Assembly (NCBI GenBank): GCA_963765495.1
Contig: CAVXWP010000009.1
Location: forward strand, 128,001 to 192,000
From: Blastocatellia bacterium
GTDB lineage: Bacteria > Acidobacteriota > Blastocatellia > UBA7656
Length of the DNA stretch: 64,000 bases
Direction: 5' to 3'
In this document: positions 63,282 through 64,000 of the stretch, one piece after another
Position numbering within the stretch: the stretch's first letter is position 1
Layout of the letters: each line of letters starts with the position of its first letter
Translations under genes and position numbers: made by a program
Notes under the pieces: generated by a model
Seen by the model: the letters and a program-made list of their open reading frames with translations, nothing else
Database searches by the model: none
What the model was told of the DNA's origin: nothing

Positions 63282-63596
63282 ATGGCAACAGAACTCAACG
63301 ACGAGGGGCGGCTGTTTCAAATCTGCCCCAAATGCTCTAACGAGGTTGAAACGAACTCGACCGAAGTAGCGAGTTATATTCAGAAATACGGCTGCGATGA
63401 TTGCCGCCTCGACAACCCTGAAGATAAGAAACTGCTCAAGCCTCCACAGTTGATGATGGCCATCAGCATCACGAGGCGAAAACTCTACGACCTCGTACAC
63501 CGCCGGCGCATCCCGCATTACCGGATAGGTCGAGAACTACGCTTTGACTTGAATGAGGTGTTGAAGGCTATGAGGGATAACGCAGAGAACAACTGA
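63282..63596 (+). CDS. Zinc finger plus excisionase-type HTH (HTH_17)
   Basis: CPKC..CDDC, then LLKP..L...ISITRRKLYDLV.RRRIPHYRIGRELRFD. Confidence 0.85.
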   Translation: MATELNDEGRLFQICPKCSNEVETNSTEVASYIQKYGCDDCRLDNPEDKKLLKPPQLMMAISITRRKLYDLVHRRRIPHYRIGRELRFDLNEVLKAMRDNAENN

Positions 63597-63608
63597 CGGA
63601 GGTGCCGA

Positions 63609-63830
63609 GTGAAAGACCCTGAGACGAAAGAAGAGTGGCAGGATGCGGCCGATGCAGCGCATGCCTGCCTTTTGCTTCACGATGCGCGCTTGTATGGCCT
63701 CGTGATCGGCGGCCCGGAGGTCAACACGGATCGCTGCATTCAGATTCTCGAAGAAGCAAAAGCCCGACGGATCTACCCGAGGCCCGACTGCATAGAGCGT
63801 TTCATAGCAGAGTTGAATGCTGGACAGTGA
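63609..63830 (+). CDS. Hypothetical phage-type protein
   Basis: GGAGG RBS before GTG; lies between xis and int. Confidence 0.6.
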   Translation: MKDPETKEEWQDAADAAHACLLLHDARLYGLVIGGPEVNTDRCIQILEEAKARRIYPRPDCIERFIAELNAGQ

Positions 63831-63896
63831 AGTCTAGCGAAACATATCATGCTCGCGCCCTGGTCGTGGCTGCGGCGAGGGAAAGGAACAGCCAAT

Positions 63897-64000
63897 ATGT
63901 CAGTGTACAAACGTACCTGGAAACAGAAGAACGGGAGTACTGCATCCTGCTGGTACTTCCACAGAACCATTGATGGCGTGCGGTATCGTGATCGCCTTCC
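63897..64000 (+). CDS. Probable tyrosine integrase N-terminus (arm-binding region), truncated by the window
   Basis: MSVYKRTWKQKNGSTASCWYFHRTIDGVRYRDRL; AAAGGA RBS; follows the excisionase. Confidence 0.65.
   Translation, partial: MSVYKRTWKQKNGSTASCWYFHRTIDGVRYRDRL

Overview
Bacterial chromosome segment, most likely Acidobacteriota/Blastocatellia-like (inferred from gene content and style, not from a search). Bases ~1-42,200 are host backbone: valS (5' end cut off by the window), nadC, birA, an RlmD-type RNA methyltransferase, a ClpP-like protease, a PBP4/DacB, NfeD-SPFH, a GAF/PAS sensor with a degenerate H-box, an Ntn acylase, mgtE, tpx, pgi, a ClC-CBS channel, and BON, BNR and SDR proteins. 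A solitary N6-adenine DNA methyltransferase follows. At 44,217-44,263 is the 3' half of tRNA-Arg(CCG), an att-type site. It bounds a >=19.7 kb integrated element with no recognisable capsid or conjugation genes in the window, which runs off the right edge into the start of a probable tyrosine integrase. The element carries an RHH/ImmA-type switch read in line with a Cys-rich micro-protein and two tandem pentapeptide-TIR genes, a phage-type replication initiator, two cargo blocks bracketed by the same pair of duplicated remnants, a UPF0175/PIN pair, a pentapeptide-membrane protein, an ArdC remnant and an excisionase. Features outside the ORF track include about 17 intergenic inverted arrays of 7-mer or 9-mer tandem repeats (some with homologous cores, MITE-like), a candidate sigma54-driven twin-hairpin small RNA with G-rich loops, a C-terminal RAPP arrest-like motif, and a shared activator box. 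No CRISPR array, rRNA or intact tRNA was seen.
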